Positions 25,432 through 39,073 are shown, numbered from the whole stretch's first letter. The stretch is DNA of 63,861 nt, filler included, from Choristocarpus tenellus KU-1152 (GCA_964200185.2; 13 parts of 13 records of this genome joined end to end with filler, not necessarily neighbours in it); one strand, 5' to 3'. Numbers and translations: made by a program. The notes: generated by a model from the sequence alone, not told the origin.

Positions 25432-27044
25432 CGGTGTGCTTTGCTCGGGCAGTGGGCCGTAAGAGATCCAGAACAGATAGGCTTGATCGAGACAATGGTG
25501 AGTTACTGTTAGCTTTGTATTTTTTTGTCTTTATAATAATAAACCCTGGGGTAAATTAAATTTGTAGCAAGCTGGGGTTATGAAATGGCATATATTACTG
25601 TTGCATCCACTCATGTGCTCTGATGGAGTCTGTGGTACTGCAAAATATTTTATGGAATTCACAGTGTTGTTGGAGGTTTTTTTTTGCTCCATTTTTCAAA
25701 TCAATTCAGATCCAGGTTAATAGTTGGATCATACATGCACAACTGATGTTCCCCTCCCCCCTCCCCCCACATGTGTATGAATTTGACCTTCTATTGTACT
25801 GGAACAGGTCATGTAAGAACTCGTTCAGGGGGCAATGTGAGTTCCTATTCCACTTCGGCGAGTACACCAAGTGGAGGTGCCGGAGCCCTGATGGGTCTCC
25901 CAGGAATGGGGATTACATTGGCAGGAATGCATGCTCACCCTTCTCAAGCTTCTTATGTGGACCCAAGGCTACTTCAGGTATAGGCAGTTTGATGGTGGAG
26001 GGATTGCATGCAGTATTATTGCAGGTGTTGCATGTGCAGATAGGAATTCAGGACTACTTTTTTGAGGAAAAGTGTCCTCAGGGTCTTGTCTTCTGTGTTA
26101 AGCACCTTATTTCTACTGATGTAATAATATGGAGTTGATGTGAAGTCTTGTGTACCAGTTGTCCTTCTGTCCCATCCCAACATGTGATATAGTATATGGA
26201 AGGCCATCCAATTTTTGTGCCATAATGCTGTTTTTTTTTTTCAATCCTGTCTGTACCTGATCGTGATTGCAATATTGACACATCTGCGTTTCACCCAATC
26301 AAGTGATAGATTAAATATTACACCCCTAACCTTCACTCCCCCCTGCCCACGTCAAAATTCTCAAATTTTCCAGCATGTGGCAACAATGGGGCTTCCTCTC
26401 CGCCTTCCTGCGGAGGCTTCTCAGACCCTCTATGTTGAAGGTGTTCCTAGTGATGCCTCTGAGCGTGAAATTGCACACATTTTCCGGCCCTTCCCAGGGT
26501 TTCTGAGCATTCGACTGAGGGTGAAGGGAGGGAGGGGAGGTGGGGGTGGGATTTCCCCCATTGCAGACACAATGTGCTTTGTGGAGTTTGAATCTGCATA
26601 TCATGTGAGTTTAGTTTTGTTCTTTCAGGGATTTATTTTCCATGAGGTGTTTGGAGGGGTGGTGTGGTAGCCAATTGACTGCTGATGTCTGTTAGGTTTT
26701 CAGAGCTCTTAATAGTTTGAGTGGTACACTCCTTAAGAAGTGTTGAGAGGGAACTATATTTCCTGAATCCCCGTCCATACCTGTCCCTACCCTATCTGCC
26801 CCCCTCCCCATCATTGCCACAATTTTCACCAACACAGGCGACAGTGGCAAAGCTTGGAGCCACCAACTACCGATTGGACAAGGCAGACAGGCATTCGCCC
26901 AGCCTTCGCATCGCCTATGCTAAGCCCCCACGTAATCGGGATGGCAGGGGGGGTGGGGTGGGGGACAGGGACAGGGATAGGGACAGGGATAGGGAAAGGG
27001 ACAGGGACAGGGACAGGGGAAACGATCGAGAGAATCATCACTAG
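25432..27044 (+). CDS. RRM RNA-binding protein, NSR/RBPMS-like, 3' part; exons 25432-25497, 25808-25977, 26374-26604, 26838-27044
   Basis: LPAEASQTLYVEGVPSDASEREIAHIFRPFPGFLSIRL...MCFVEFESAYH|ATVAKLGATNYRLDKADRHSPSLRIAYAK closely resembles the plant nuclear-speckle RBP RRM (LP.DAS.TLYVEGLP.D...REVAHIFRPF.G...VRL...CFVDF). All introns are GT-AG with consistent phases. Stop TAG at 27042-27044. Confidence 0.88.
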
Positions 27045-29338
27045 AACAGAAAATAAGGATAGCAAATGGTCAATGCGAGTTGGGTGTCAAGAGGGCTAAG
27101 TTGTTGTAGTGGGCTTCTAGTTCAGTGTCATGACAAGTGACTTCAACATGCTCGAAGAGTTGCGAACAGAGAAGTATTGGAGGCTGTTGCTTTGTAGCTG
27201 ATCCTGTTCTCATTCCTGATTTTCTCAGACCACAAGGTTGAGTTAATGAAGGTTTGCATTTGCTGCTAAACTGCTTTGGATGAGATTTGTTGCCATCTTT
27301 AGTGGAGGGTGATTTGCAGGGGTATTGCAGTTTTGTTTATGACATGTGGGTTGCACTGAAATTGCCCTGATGGGAAGTGGTAAAATTTCGTTGGAGATGT
27401 AAGGCCTTGCATTGATTGTGGTAGTTTCATATTGCCACAAAGTGAGCCTACTTGGTAATGCCCTCAAGGTTTTGTGATTATGAATCTCCATTGCTTGGGC
27501 TCCCCAACCCTAACTCCACACTCAGCTCTATGGTTGCCTTGTTATGTCTGTGTACAACCAGCTACAGCATTTATGTTTTTTGTAGAAGAAAAAAATGGAA
27601 TGTAGAGAGGTTCCCTCTATTAAAAAAATGGAAATGTGCCAATCAGGGTAAGACACAACTTCTGTTTTGTGTGGTCTGATGTGGTGTAGGGATGGGTGTC
27701 ATGTGTAGCTTCTTTTGCTTGTTATGTGATTTATGTGCTGCGTGCTATGTTGCCATTGAGGCAGGGGGGGGGAATTTGCATAGTTGTGTGTAGGGACTAA
27801 AATCTCAGGCAGTGTAAGGCTGTTGATGTACAGGAGTTTTTTGTATTGGAGAGTGTGTATGTTGCATCCCATCATTAGTATCTTGCTCGTAGTATATTTC
27901 TATGTGTGCTGTGTATTGCGCACCCATTTGTTGCTTATGTTTGTTTCACATGTCATGTATCCTCCTCTGCTGGAGGCTTGAATAATTTCAAACTTTATTG
28001 TTGGGGAGTGAAGTCATTGTATCGGTGCATTGGGTGTGCTCATGGGTACATGGTTGTTTTCATTGGTTACTGTGTTGAGGAAGGGGAAGTAGGCAAATAT
28101 TTTACCATCTCAAACATTATGTAGCTTGCCTCCATTAGGTATGAAGTTGAATGTAGTTTTATGTTGGTTCTTGTTTTTTTTCCATCTTGTTGTTGTGGGC
28201 TCTTTTGCAAGACCTCGTTGAGGCAATTTCTTGTTTCTTGATGTTTACTTTTTTTGTTTAGTTTTGTATCCATTTCGTTAGCTTTGGTTGGATGAGGTGT
28301 GTGTTCATATTTGACTTACTAGCGAGTGGTTTGATGTTGCAAACGTTATGCTGTTTGCTCTAACCTCTTCTCTAAGTAGTTATTTGGAGGCCAGGTCAAG
28401 TCACCCTTGACTGATCAAGGAGATAGTTCTCTAGAGGAATAGATGATCATCCTGTTACTTGGAATAGTGCTCCTTTCATACTATTTGTCAGCTCAGTGTA
28501 AGTCTCTGTCATTGGGTTGCTGGAAGGCTTGCATATTTCCTTGCATGCAAACTGCATGTGTGTCTCAATCTGTAGTGCATACTATATACACCATTCTTCC
28601 AAGTACATGATTCAATAACACCAGTAATATATATTTTTGAATACTTTTCAAGTGACAAGCTTTAAATGATAATGCAATTGTTTAGAGGAGTGAGAGCTCT
28701 ACGATCATTTGAGCACTTTTCTGGAGCTCTGGCAATTGAAGAAATTGCTGTATCCCACTATTGAAGTTGAGAACGAAATGGTACGGGGTTTTCTACATTT
28801 TTTTATCGTGCTGAACAGTGGCAGTGGTGCTCTACTTGGTGCAAACTGTCGGCTCATGGTTCTCGGAGAAGGTGCTATTGTTGCACATTTTTTCCAGTTT
28901 GAAGAATTGAACCTCTATCTACCTTAGACTTAATTTTTGAGCAATTGTTGTGACCGTGATATCAACTACTTACATTTCTTTCTTCACTCGATTCACTTAA
29001 AAGGGGAAGGACTCTTTCCAATCAACATCAAATTTTGATTTTCGAGAAGTTGTGCTTTGAAATTTACATCTCCTTGATCAAGTTTCAAGAACTCTGATTT
29101 GCCCACTTCATTGACACTTGATCTTGGGGCTGCTACACTTTTTCCTGTGTTTCAGAGGATAATTGTAGTATATAAAATAGCTACTTTGTGGACATAACAT
29201 TTTATTATTAACACTTTGAAGTATTATTTTCTGCATATTTGCCTTCACCTCAGCAAATTGTTGGTTACATAGTCGTTTTTTTCTGGTGAACAGTCCGATC
29301 ATCAATGCAAACATAGAACGATAGTGTGCTGGATGTAT

Positions 29339-29583
29339 GAGTCAAAGTATCTTAGAGGGTAGAGCTGCGTCCATTTTGGGACCAGAATCTAATGTTGCAA
29401 TTTTGATATAGTTTTGGCTATCATTTTTGTTAGGAAATGTCAATATCCTTGTTCCGAACACTCCTCTTCATAACGAATACATTTTACCTACTCTCAAAAC
29501 ACTTCGGAGAAGGCAAAATGTAATTAAAAACCTGTGAGAAGCCCAAGGTCCAAATGGACAAACAGGGGAAAACAAATACCCTA
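29339..29583 (+). mobile_element. MITE family A, right TIR degenerate
   Basis: GAGTCAAAGTATCTTAGAGGGTAG start plus the family interior. Confidence 0.85.
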
Positions 29584-31127
29584 TTATAGATCAAGCAATC
29601 AATTGTATATATATTACTATTATAATAAGCAGGTGTCACGTTTCAAGACTTGATAGTGCCAAGAACCTGGCAAAAAGCACTATTATTTAATGTAATGCCT
29701 GACTGAAGGATACCCACTAAAGGTGGTAAGTGTTCCAACTGTCAAGGCAGGATACACCTTCCAAAGTATGAACATGCTTGAGCTTTGAAAAAAGGCTTGC
29801 GCAGGCTCTAAAAAATATACTTGTTCTTAACCAGTCCCCAAGACATAAATACATATATGAATGTCTATTGCTTGTATGAGCTAGTCACTCTGACATGAAT
29901 TGATGACCCTACCAAGGTGATGTTAGATGCAGTTGGCGCAGAGAGAGCGCATTAGGAGGCAGTCGCAGAAACCTTACATTATCTACCTACTCTACATATC
30001 AAGGCGTTAGCACTCACTCAATAACTCAATTTTTGCCCTGCTAAGCTGCTGTCCACGCCTTCTTTAGCCTTGCTTTGCCTCCAACTAAAGCAACAGGAGA
30101 GTTGACCCTTTATTAGGAGAGGAAGGCAGAAAATAATTCGCTTCCCAAAATAAGTTTGGTCCGCACGTATGTTTATTTTCTGGCTTGTTTGTATTATTGT
30201 TAGATACATCATTGCTCAGGTAGGAAGTACCACGGAGTTTCCAGTACCCTCCAATGTCTCATTTTGTGACTTGTTGGTTGTGTGCGAAATAGGAGGACAT
30301 ACAGCACACGTGACAGATGCACCAAATGGATCTTTAATGCCTACCTGTCGTCTGCATCAAAATATTACTCACTCAATCGACAATTCGTTCAGTTCTTTCT
30401 GCCCTTGGCCAGCAATGAGCAGGTATCTGTGACTATTATAGCCTTTTTATCCCCTTGATTATCCTTTGCCTCTAAGAAGTTAAGAAATAGGAATTGTGCC
30501 ACTTTAACACAGTAGGCTGATAAGTCCTCACCCCTTCAACATCATCACCAACCCTGTCTGTGCATGATTTACTCTTGTCTCCTACAATCCGGACCCCTCG
30601 CCAACCTCGCCACTATTTTGTTATAGTACTTCGAGAAGACATGCTACATCACTCACAAGCTCATCCCTGAATCTCTATGCACGTAACAATAGGATTCAAC
30701 TACATTAGCCTGCTCTGATTGGTGTAGGTAATCCTGAGTCTGACTTGCTTGGTAAAACTATTATTGCTGTTGAGGGGATGTCAGCCTTCATGACAAGACT
30801 GCCCAAGTCCTCTCTCCAAGTCACGCCTGCAGTTTCCCAAGTCACGCTTGTTGGATACCCAGACTCAATCGAGATCCTAAGAACAGGGGATTCGCAAAAT
30901 TGAGGATGGAGCGGGACTATGAGGATGGTTGTTTTGCGAAAACGGTCTTGNNNNNNNNNNNNNNNNNNNNNNNNNNNNNNNNNNNNNNNNNNNNTTAATT
31001 AATTAANNNNNNNNNNNNNNNNNNNNNNNNNNNNNNNNNNNNNNNNNNNNCCCCCAGATACTTTGGGTCTTACTTCACCCTTGGAGGGGTCTGTATGAAG
31101 TACATTTTAAGGTATCACCCATCATAT

Positions 31128-31568
31128 GAGTGAAAGTATCTTAGAGGGTAGAGCTGCGTCCATTTGGGGGCCAAAATCCAATGTTGTGATTTTGATGTAA
31201 TTTTGACTATTGTTTTTTTAGGAAGTGTCAATATCCTTGTTCTGGACCCACCTTTTTATAACGTATACATTTTACCCACTCCGAAACATTTTGGAGTAGG
31301 TGAAAGTCGTATAAACCCCAAGGGAAGGCAAGTCCCAAATGGACAAATGGGGCAAAGCTTGTACCCTCTAAGATACGGACTTTTATGGCTTTTTCCTACT
31401 CCAAAATGTTTAGGAGTAGATAAAGTCCATATGTTCTGAAAAGGTGCGTCTGGAACATGGATATTGACACTTTCTAACTAACACGATAGCCAAAATTACA
31501 TCAAAATCACAACATTGGATTTTGGCCCCCAAATGGATGTGGCTCTACCCTTTAAGATACATTGACTC
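31128..31568. mobile_element. MITE family A inverted composite (near-full copy plus inverted partial copy)
   Basis: 31128-31376 is a forward copy; about 31385-31568 is the reverse complement of the left three-quarters, ending GATACATTGACTC. Confidence 0.85.
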
Positions 31569-31706
31569 TATACAGGGTAGTACTACCTGGAAACCCACGT
31601 CCTTTTTCTCTTCATCAGGGTAGGATGAAACGTTACTATCCTCAAGTTCAACCTCCCTCACCAGATTTGAATGAACTGGTCTTGTGATCTTCACAAAAGA
31701 ATAGAA

Positions 31707-31976
31707 GAGTCAAAGTATCTTAGAGGGTAAAGCCGCATCCATTTGGGGACCAAAATCCAATGTTGCAATTTTGATGCAATTTTGATGCAATTTTGGCTAC
31801 CATCTTTGTTAGGAGACGTCAGTATCCTCGTTCCAGACACACCCTTTCATACTGTATGCATTTTACCTACTCTGACACATTTTGGAGTAGGTACAATGTC
31901 ATTAATAACCCGTGGGAAGCCAAGCCCCAAATGAACAGACAGGGATAAACTCGTACCCTCTAAGATACTTTCACTC
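31707..31976 (+). mobile_element. MITE family A, full copy, TSD AGAA
   Basis: TIRs intact; AGAA at 31703-31706 and 31977-31980. Confidence 0.92.
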
Positions 31977-32009
31977 AGAACAGATCCCACAATGTCGTGA
32001 AGTAATTGC

Positions 32010-33815
32010 AGACTATCGTGCAGTAAATGGATTGGATAACCAGTAAAATTCTCGTCCCTCGTATATAGACTTAAGAATTCGTATTTATGGTTATCATACT
32101 CCTTTGCATAGTCTGTATATCATGCATTGCCGTCTTGTCGTAACCTATCGTGTCAGTAAAGAGATTATCGTATGTGTGGTACAGACCATGGCCAAATTTT
32201 TTGTTTGTTTGTTTAATTGGGTGTTTAGGTATTTATTTTTACGACTAGTGCCCCTATGCCAGATCTCGTGGTACCCACATACTATAATCCTTTACATAGG
32301 TTGTCCATCTAGTTTAGACAAATCGTTTGTGTGCCATTTTGTCATAGATAGGTATAGTCTATCGTTTTGTGAAGAGATGAGATAACTGGTATCAGGTGTC
32401 AGTTAACCTGTTCACATCCAGCTCTGACGTGGCATCTCGTGTTTACCAGGTTTATCAATCCTTGCAAATAGACTATACATAAATGTTGGTGGACTTAGAT
32501 AAATTAATATACAATTAATTTTATCTCTCTACTTTCCTCGTTTGCATGAGTGGACACATGCAGTGGTGAAGAGACTGTATCACCGGGCACATATATTAGC
32601 TCGTATGCTAAAGGTGGCTGTTCATTACATCATGTCATGCTTTCATGAAATGGATTTATTGATCATCATGAAATGACTAATCCCATCCTAAAACAGAAAA
32701 AAATGAAGATTCAAGTCTACCATCAGGTAAGTGATGGAGACTTCAGGTGAGTCATATATGTTACTCATTTTTTTTTTTCGTGAGGCATGATTCCTTCAAC
32801 ATGATGTAATGACTGTACAGTCACCTCGTATTGTTTTAGGAAAGTTGAGCCACCAAAAACGTATGTCCGAGTTGTCCACTTGGAATATTGTTGTCGTGAA
32901 CAATATTTCCAATCGAAGTCAGAATTGAGGAAGGAGAGTGGTTGCACACATTTGATCTTGTCGTTTGCTGTGTTGATTTGATTGCATAACACGCGATGTT
33001 GTTTTCACGAATCGGAGTGGTGATCAAATCATCGTATAACACCCGTATAGCAATGTCGAATTACAAACACTAGTCAAACCGTTTTGTTGACGTTGTGTAT
33101 AGTGTTTGCTCCTTGTATCCCCATTCTGAGTGTATCCTCTGATTTATACAAGATACTAGAGACCTATATGCTGGCCACATATACCTCTCGCCTCATCTTT
33201 ATGCTGATTGATATGCTGGTCCCATACTCTCAGGCCTCATAAGCTTGATGAGTGTGCTGACCGCACACAATCAACCTTTAGGCCATGTTATCCTGATCAG
33301 ATATACATCGTGAGACTCATTTATATTTTACACTTCATTTTGTATTAATGGAGTCGTGTAATACATTGGTGCAATAGTATGCTAACAGTCACACATGTTT
33401 CCCATTTCGCCCCCAGATCTCACTTTTTGGTTGAATCATGTTTACATGGCTTCAAGACCGATCAAAAGGGGGGGTGATGTAGAAAGCATGTTTGCCCGTT
33501 GTGATACTGTTATTGCCGTATGCCATATACCGTTATACCGTTGTACCGATTGAGGTTCCCAGTCAAGCATCCATGATTCTACTTCAGGACCCTCCGTCAG
33601 TATGGAACCATGGAATATTTTCATGTGATCAATCCCATAGACTGGGGACAGCTCGTCATTCAGAGTTGTCACACATGGAAGATCCACTTTGTTCTCACGT
33701 CTTGACTGATGATGAAACCCCATCTTTGATGATGCTCATCACCGTCTTGCCCGGTGATTCTCTTCGCCACCCTTGCCTGAGTGAACCACGCCACCACAGA
33801 ATCACACGATTCACA
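32010..33815. repeat. Unclassified interspersed repeat (about 1.8 kb), copy 1
   Basis: Colinear with 51415-53304 from ctatcgtgcagtaaatggattggataaccagta to cacacgattcaca. Confidence 0.9.
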
Positions 33816-34678
33816 ATATACTTCTTTGCATTTCTGCATTTCTTTTTGATACACATCTCTCTTTCTTCTTTTTCTTTTGCCAGATGTATTGTTTCTTCTT
33901 GCTCTCATTTTTTGTGTTGCCTTTTGACCACAAGTCCAAGAATGTTGTGTGTTGCTTCCTTATCCATTGCAGCACATGCAAAGTGGGTTCAAGCACCGTT
34001 GCATCATGCATCGAACTAACGTTCACGATCAATTGAAGCATTCCATCCAACCTTTTAATCAAACTGTTTAATCAAACAGTTTAGTCAAATGGGGGATATC
34101 AACGGCAGCTGTACACATTAGAAGGCACATTGCATAACTCTTTCTCATTATACTTACGGACAACTAGGGTATCAAAATTTGCGAGAGAAACCTATGCACT
34201 CCCTTGGGTGAATACCGGACCTGGCCCCCAGTGTTACAAAACCATCTGGGAAAGACAGGAAGTCTCCTTAATACTCTTCAGTTCTTGAGTGTTGCTTGCA
34301 GTGTAGTCTTAAAAAAAGACTGTATACACACAGAAGCACAGCAGAAATGCGATAGGCTCGTCTCTATTGCTCCTCCTTTTTAGTCCAACTGTTGCATTGG
34401 GGGAAGTCTAAACCTCTAAACGATGCTCAGCAGATAAGTAAGAGAGGCATATGTTAGAATGTACTCCAGACTACACCTCATGATCAGCAGTAACATGAAT
34501 TCTTTGTCCTTCCATCTTATTGTGATAGGCGCAAAAACTAACCTCATCGGAGGCCCATCACGCTTCCAATGTCACAGGCCTCCCCATAATAAAGCAAACC
34601 CAACCACCCTCAATTTGCAAGACTGTTTTCCTCGTCACCTTCCCTCCCTCTCCTAAATCCCACTCATGCCGCTCTCAC

Positions 34679-34850
34679 CTGGCATCCACCCTGATCAATG
34701 TGAGGAGCGTTGAAGCAATGCTTTCCCATGTCAAACGCTCAACCTCATCCATCTCAGTGCCATCGTCATCCCCTTGAGGTGACCCCCACACCCTTGACCC
34801 TCCCCCCAGCGAACCCAGGAGCAAGGCAGGGGGAGAGGCTCTCGAATTTT
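34679..34850 (-). CDS. Possible internal exon of an unidentified gene
   Basis: Open frame (E)NSRASPPALLLGSLGGGSRVWGSPQGDDDGTEMDEVERLTWESIASTLLTLIRVDA(R) bounded by ttctcag| and |gtgaga; no family recognised. Confidence 0.4.
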
Positions 34851-35771
34851 CTGAGAATATTATTGCAGATATCCGCGTAGATGGGTGAGAGCGAGTGTTG
34901 TCATTGATACCGTGTTGTGGGAGTGCATTTTGCTCAGAAACATCCAGTTTTTGCACATGGTGAGTGGGCAGGAGGGTGGGAATGGGACCGTTGAGCACAC
35001 ACGGTTTGGAGAATGCAAAGTGCAAAATGAATGACGATGCCTCGTAAGCCAAGAGAAGCATATTTCGCCGGAAAATGTATTCAGAGAGAAAAACATGCTA
35101 CTGAAGAGACTTGACCCATCAATCCTCGGCCATCAGGATGCTCTTTTTTTTTTTGCTTGGCCAAGTCCCCTTCCCCTTCCCCTTTTCACTTCCATCAGGA
35201 ATGGAACGCGTGTTGAGAATATAGAATATACTCTGCCAGTCCACTCTCCGGGCAGTGCTCCAAATGTTCACGGTTTCTCGTGCTGTGGGACTATTCTCCC
35301 TATCTGACCTGATCACCCTCGGACAACCACGCACACGCTGGGTCCATTTCAGTTCTGCTCATCTTCAGAACAACTCCCACCCCCACATTCCCTCCCCCCC
35401 CCTGACATGAAAAGTCCTAGTCTTTCATACTCCCAGTACTGCTGATCTAGNNNNNNNNNNNNNNNNNNNNNNNNNNNNNNNNNNNNNNNNNNNNTTAATT
35501 AATTAANNNNNNNNNNNNNNNNNNNNNNNNNNNNNNNNNNNNNNNNNNNNATATAGATCAGAAATTTCTTCCCCTTAGAAAATTCCCACCGAGTAACAGA
35601 TGCATCAAGCTTCTAATTGTTTTTTTTTTGGGGGGGGGAGGAGGGTATATTATTGACGCAGCAAAACTAAACTCACACATTCAATTCTTTGTCGGGGTTC
35701 ACTGCAACTGCACACCAATTACCTCACACCTATGTCACGGAATCAGTGTATTGCCCTTCCACCCCGTTCTT

Positions 35772-35966
35772 GGCTCAAAGTGTCTGGGGGGTGGGGGGGG
35801 GGGGGCGGTCTACATCAGGGTGTCCATTTGGGCCCTGACCGGTAGAAGTGAACTTTCATTATCCATCCGACGCATGCAACCAAATCACCCAAGAATCGGG
35901 ACATAGAAAAGTGGACCCCGAATGGACAGCTGCCGCCACCCCCCGCCCCCCCAGATACTTTGAGTC
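35772..35966 (-). mobile_element. MITE family B, full copy
   Basis: GGCTCAAAGTGTCTGGGGG...CCCCCAGATACTTTGAGTC, with the interior reverse-complemented relative to 40343. Confidence 0.88.
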
Positions 35967-36194
35967 AGGTTCCACTTTCAAGGACAAGACGAGAATGTTC
36001 CATAAAATAGAAATAAACAAGTACGCCTTGGGGGCAATCCACGAGCACTCCATTTTGGACCTCAGTATCATGTACATTCAAGAAACCCTTAGCGAGTATA
36101 TTGCTTTTGTACCAATGTTTTGATTTCTTACTCTCTAAGTAGGTGGTGCTAGTGAAGGCAAGGTTGGTGTTAAAATGAAATGGTGGGATTGTAT

Positions 36195-36196
<2 letters not shown>

Positions 36197-36233
<37 letters not shown>
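36197..36233. repeat. (GA)n microsatellite
   Basis: Directly visible. Confidence 0.95.
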
Positions 36234-36239
<6 letters not shown>

Positions 36240-37310
36240 TCTGCGGGCAGGATTGCTAAAGTAAATATAATAAAAAGTAAAAAAAGCGAAAAGATGTGAT
36301 AAAAATCGAGAAATATATTTGAATCCTCCTGGTCTGGAGGGGGTTGCCGTCCGTCAAGCAAGGGAGTGCTTCAAATGTTTGTATGTATACAAACAGGGAT
36401 CTGGCTGAGAAGGAAATGGGTAACATGTTTGTTGGAAATAAGGCAAGAAGTTTTATGTGTTGCTTGGGAGGGTACTTGGAGCGTCTTGAAATGTTCACAT
36501 GCTTGGATAAAATTGTATAAAACTCACTGCCCTGCACTACTGTAGAGAGTATCAAGTTGGTGAAAATTGTGGTTAGGGTTAGGGTTAGGATGTGGTTGCC
36601 ATTTGCATTGTGTCTTCCTATCCCTATCCCTAACCCCCTTGAGATCCTCATTGAGAAGTCATTTATTTTTGTAGTTTACATTGATATCCTGTATCATAGT
36701 GTTGGCATGACTCCAGTTCCTTACCACAACCCTAACACTACTGCTTGCGAAAAATACTATGGTGTTCGATTTTTGGAGGTAGAAGGAGAGGAAGGGGTTG
36801 ACCTTTACCCCCAAACAAGGTGGAGGAGGAGAGAACTTAAGGGAGGGGGAGGTATCAATTTTTGTAAGTCGCATGGCATATCAGATCATCTTAGAGTCGG
36901 TGAAACTTACAAGATTTTTTTTTTATTGAATTAAGATACTAGTATTTATTGAATTAAAAAAAATATGTACTCTGTAGTACAAAATATTAGGAAAGGAAAA
37001 GCCACTAGCATGTGGGATGATTGACGCACAATATATATAAATATATAAATATAAATATAAATATATACAGTGCAACACCCCCTCACTGGCTGCATCACAC
37101 TGCCAGCGAGACAGGTCAGACATAGAGTTAAGAACTTGGAATTTAAGGTTAGGGATAGGGTTCAAGTTTCAATAGAAAGGGCTTTGGCTTATCTGAGAGT
37201 TTGGGGTGATGAAACTGTTGGATGGGAGGTTTGATCTTACTGCTTACATTTCAACGCATGTAGTGATTGAGGGAACACAAGAGGGAGACTTTGCAGTGGA
37301 ATAGGCATGC

Positions 37311-37569
37311 AAGTGAAAGCATCTTAGAGGGTAAGAGTTTTTCCCTGTTTGTCTGTTTGGGCCTTGGCTTCCCATAGTTTTTTTTATGGCACTTTCCTAC
37401 TCTAAATTGTTTAGGAGTAGGTAAAATGTATACGTTATGAAATGGTGTGTTTAGAACAAGGATATTGACAATTTCTAACAAACACGATAGCCAAAATTAC
37501 ATCAAAATCGCAACATTGGATTGCGGTCCCCAAATGGACGCGGCTCTACCCTCTAAGATACTTTGGCTC
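37311..37569 (-). mobile_element. MITE family A, full copy, TSD ATGC
   Basis: AAGTGAAAGCATCTTAGAGGGTA ... TACCCTCTAAGATACTTTGGCTC; ATGC at 37307-37310 and 37570-37573. Confidence 0.9.
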
Positions 37570-37722
37570 ATGCATCAAACAGAGAGAAAGTGATATTTTG
37601 AGCAAACTATACAGAAATAATGAGGCTGTATTGTGGGACTGTGTGGAAACTTTGAGTAAGGGCGGACAGGTGGGGGGAAAGTGAGGTCCGCAGTAGCATG
37701 GACATCACATCTATCTGGCTGA

Positions 37723-37951
37723 CCTTGTCCTTAGACCCCGAGGACATAATGGACTGATGGAGCGTCTTCTCTGTGATTTCACACACACCCAGGTCCTCTG
37801 GTAGCTTCTGACTCTCCACAGAATCACGCTGTGTTGTCTGTTTGTTTTTGGGGGGGCAGGGGGGGTATACACTAGGTTGATATGTAGCTGGATTCATGGA
37901 GGGATGTTGAAGGAACCAATTGTAGTTAGATGGTGAACTTCTTGTTGCCAT
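37723..37951 (-). CDS. Possible first exon of an unidentified gene
   Basis: ATG at 37951 opens MATRSSPSNYNWFLQHPSMNP...EITEKTLHQSIMSSGSKDK, followed by a candidate donor gtcagc; no homology recognised. Confidence 0.25.
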
Positions 37952-38715
37952 CTCTAACACGCCGAAGTTCTCTTATTTTCCATATATTTTCGATTATAGG
38001 GCATGGCAAAAAATGGCAAAAAAATGGGGTAATCCTCCCCATTTAGCAGAAATCTATCCTGCTACAGGAGGAATGGGTACATGGGATGGCGAACCGATCG
38101 ACTCCATCCTCGTGAATAATGGGGTGGCGGTATGATCCTTTAATCCCCACAACCCATTGCAGCGGAGAGGGGGGGACATGGAGTGTGCACAAGCTGTACA
38201 GAGAGTGTCGCACTGGTCAACCTCCCACAAGGAGAAGAGAAGGAAGTAATTCGTGCTGAATACTAATTCATCCTAATTTGTTGGGGGGGTTTGGTGTGGT
38301 TCTAGTCACCAGCTACACTCTACTGCTCTGGCAAATGGAGCCTCCCTCTTACATCCTACTTCAATGCTGAGAGTATTTCAGTATACTTTTCAAGCTTAGA
38401 GTTTCAGCAAAGCATATGTATCTCCCCCACATTAGGAAGCTCATGTCCTGCTCTGAGCAGGTGTTGTAGCCCTGTAATGCAAAGATACATATACCCGACC
38501 CTGGCACAAACCCCATCTTCTTTGGGTTCATTCTCTTTCTGTGCTAGACTTTAGCAAAGGCCTAACTACCCTACTCTTGTATGCCCCCCCTAAATTACAC
38601 TTGAATGACTGCCCCNNNNNNNNNNNNNNNNNNNNNNNNNNNNNNNNNNNNNNNNNNNNTTAATTAATTAANNNNNNNNNNNNNNNNNNNNNNNNNNNNN
38701 NNNNNNNNNNNNNNN

Positions 38716-38803
38716 CGGATGGATAACGTAAGTGTACTTTTCTGGTTATGGACCAAATGGACACCCTGGTGTAGTTCCCCCCCCCCCCCAGATACTTTGG
38801 GTC
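38716..38803 (+). mobile_element. MITE family B right half at contig start
   Basis: ...ggaccaaatggacaccctggtgtag-polyC-AGATACTTTGGGTC. Confidence 0.85.
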
Positions 38804-39073
38804 TTGAGTCGAATGCAAGTGAGTACTGTGAGGCGCGAGTGTCACGCAAGCATATCTGTCGTCAGGGCAAACGTTGGAAGGGGGTTTCCCCTTCAGGTTT
38901 CCTCCTCGCTGGATTCCCAGCGCTGCCTACTGTTATGTTACGACCTGGAAGTGCCATTCATTTTACTTCTGCCACGTTCATGATAGGGTAAGGAGTGTCA
39001 TTATATTTCCTTGTCCAATTACCTGTTCTTCGCGTCGAAGCAGTTATGCTTCGTGCCAGGGGGCATGTCACAG

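Noticed and set aside
28700-29320. Possible hAT zinc-finger-like fragment (KSKFDVDWKESFPF) on the minus strand
   Set aside because: Single short motif with no following Cys/His pattern; insufficient support.
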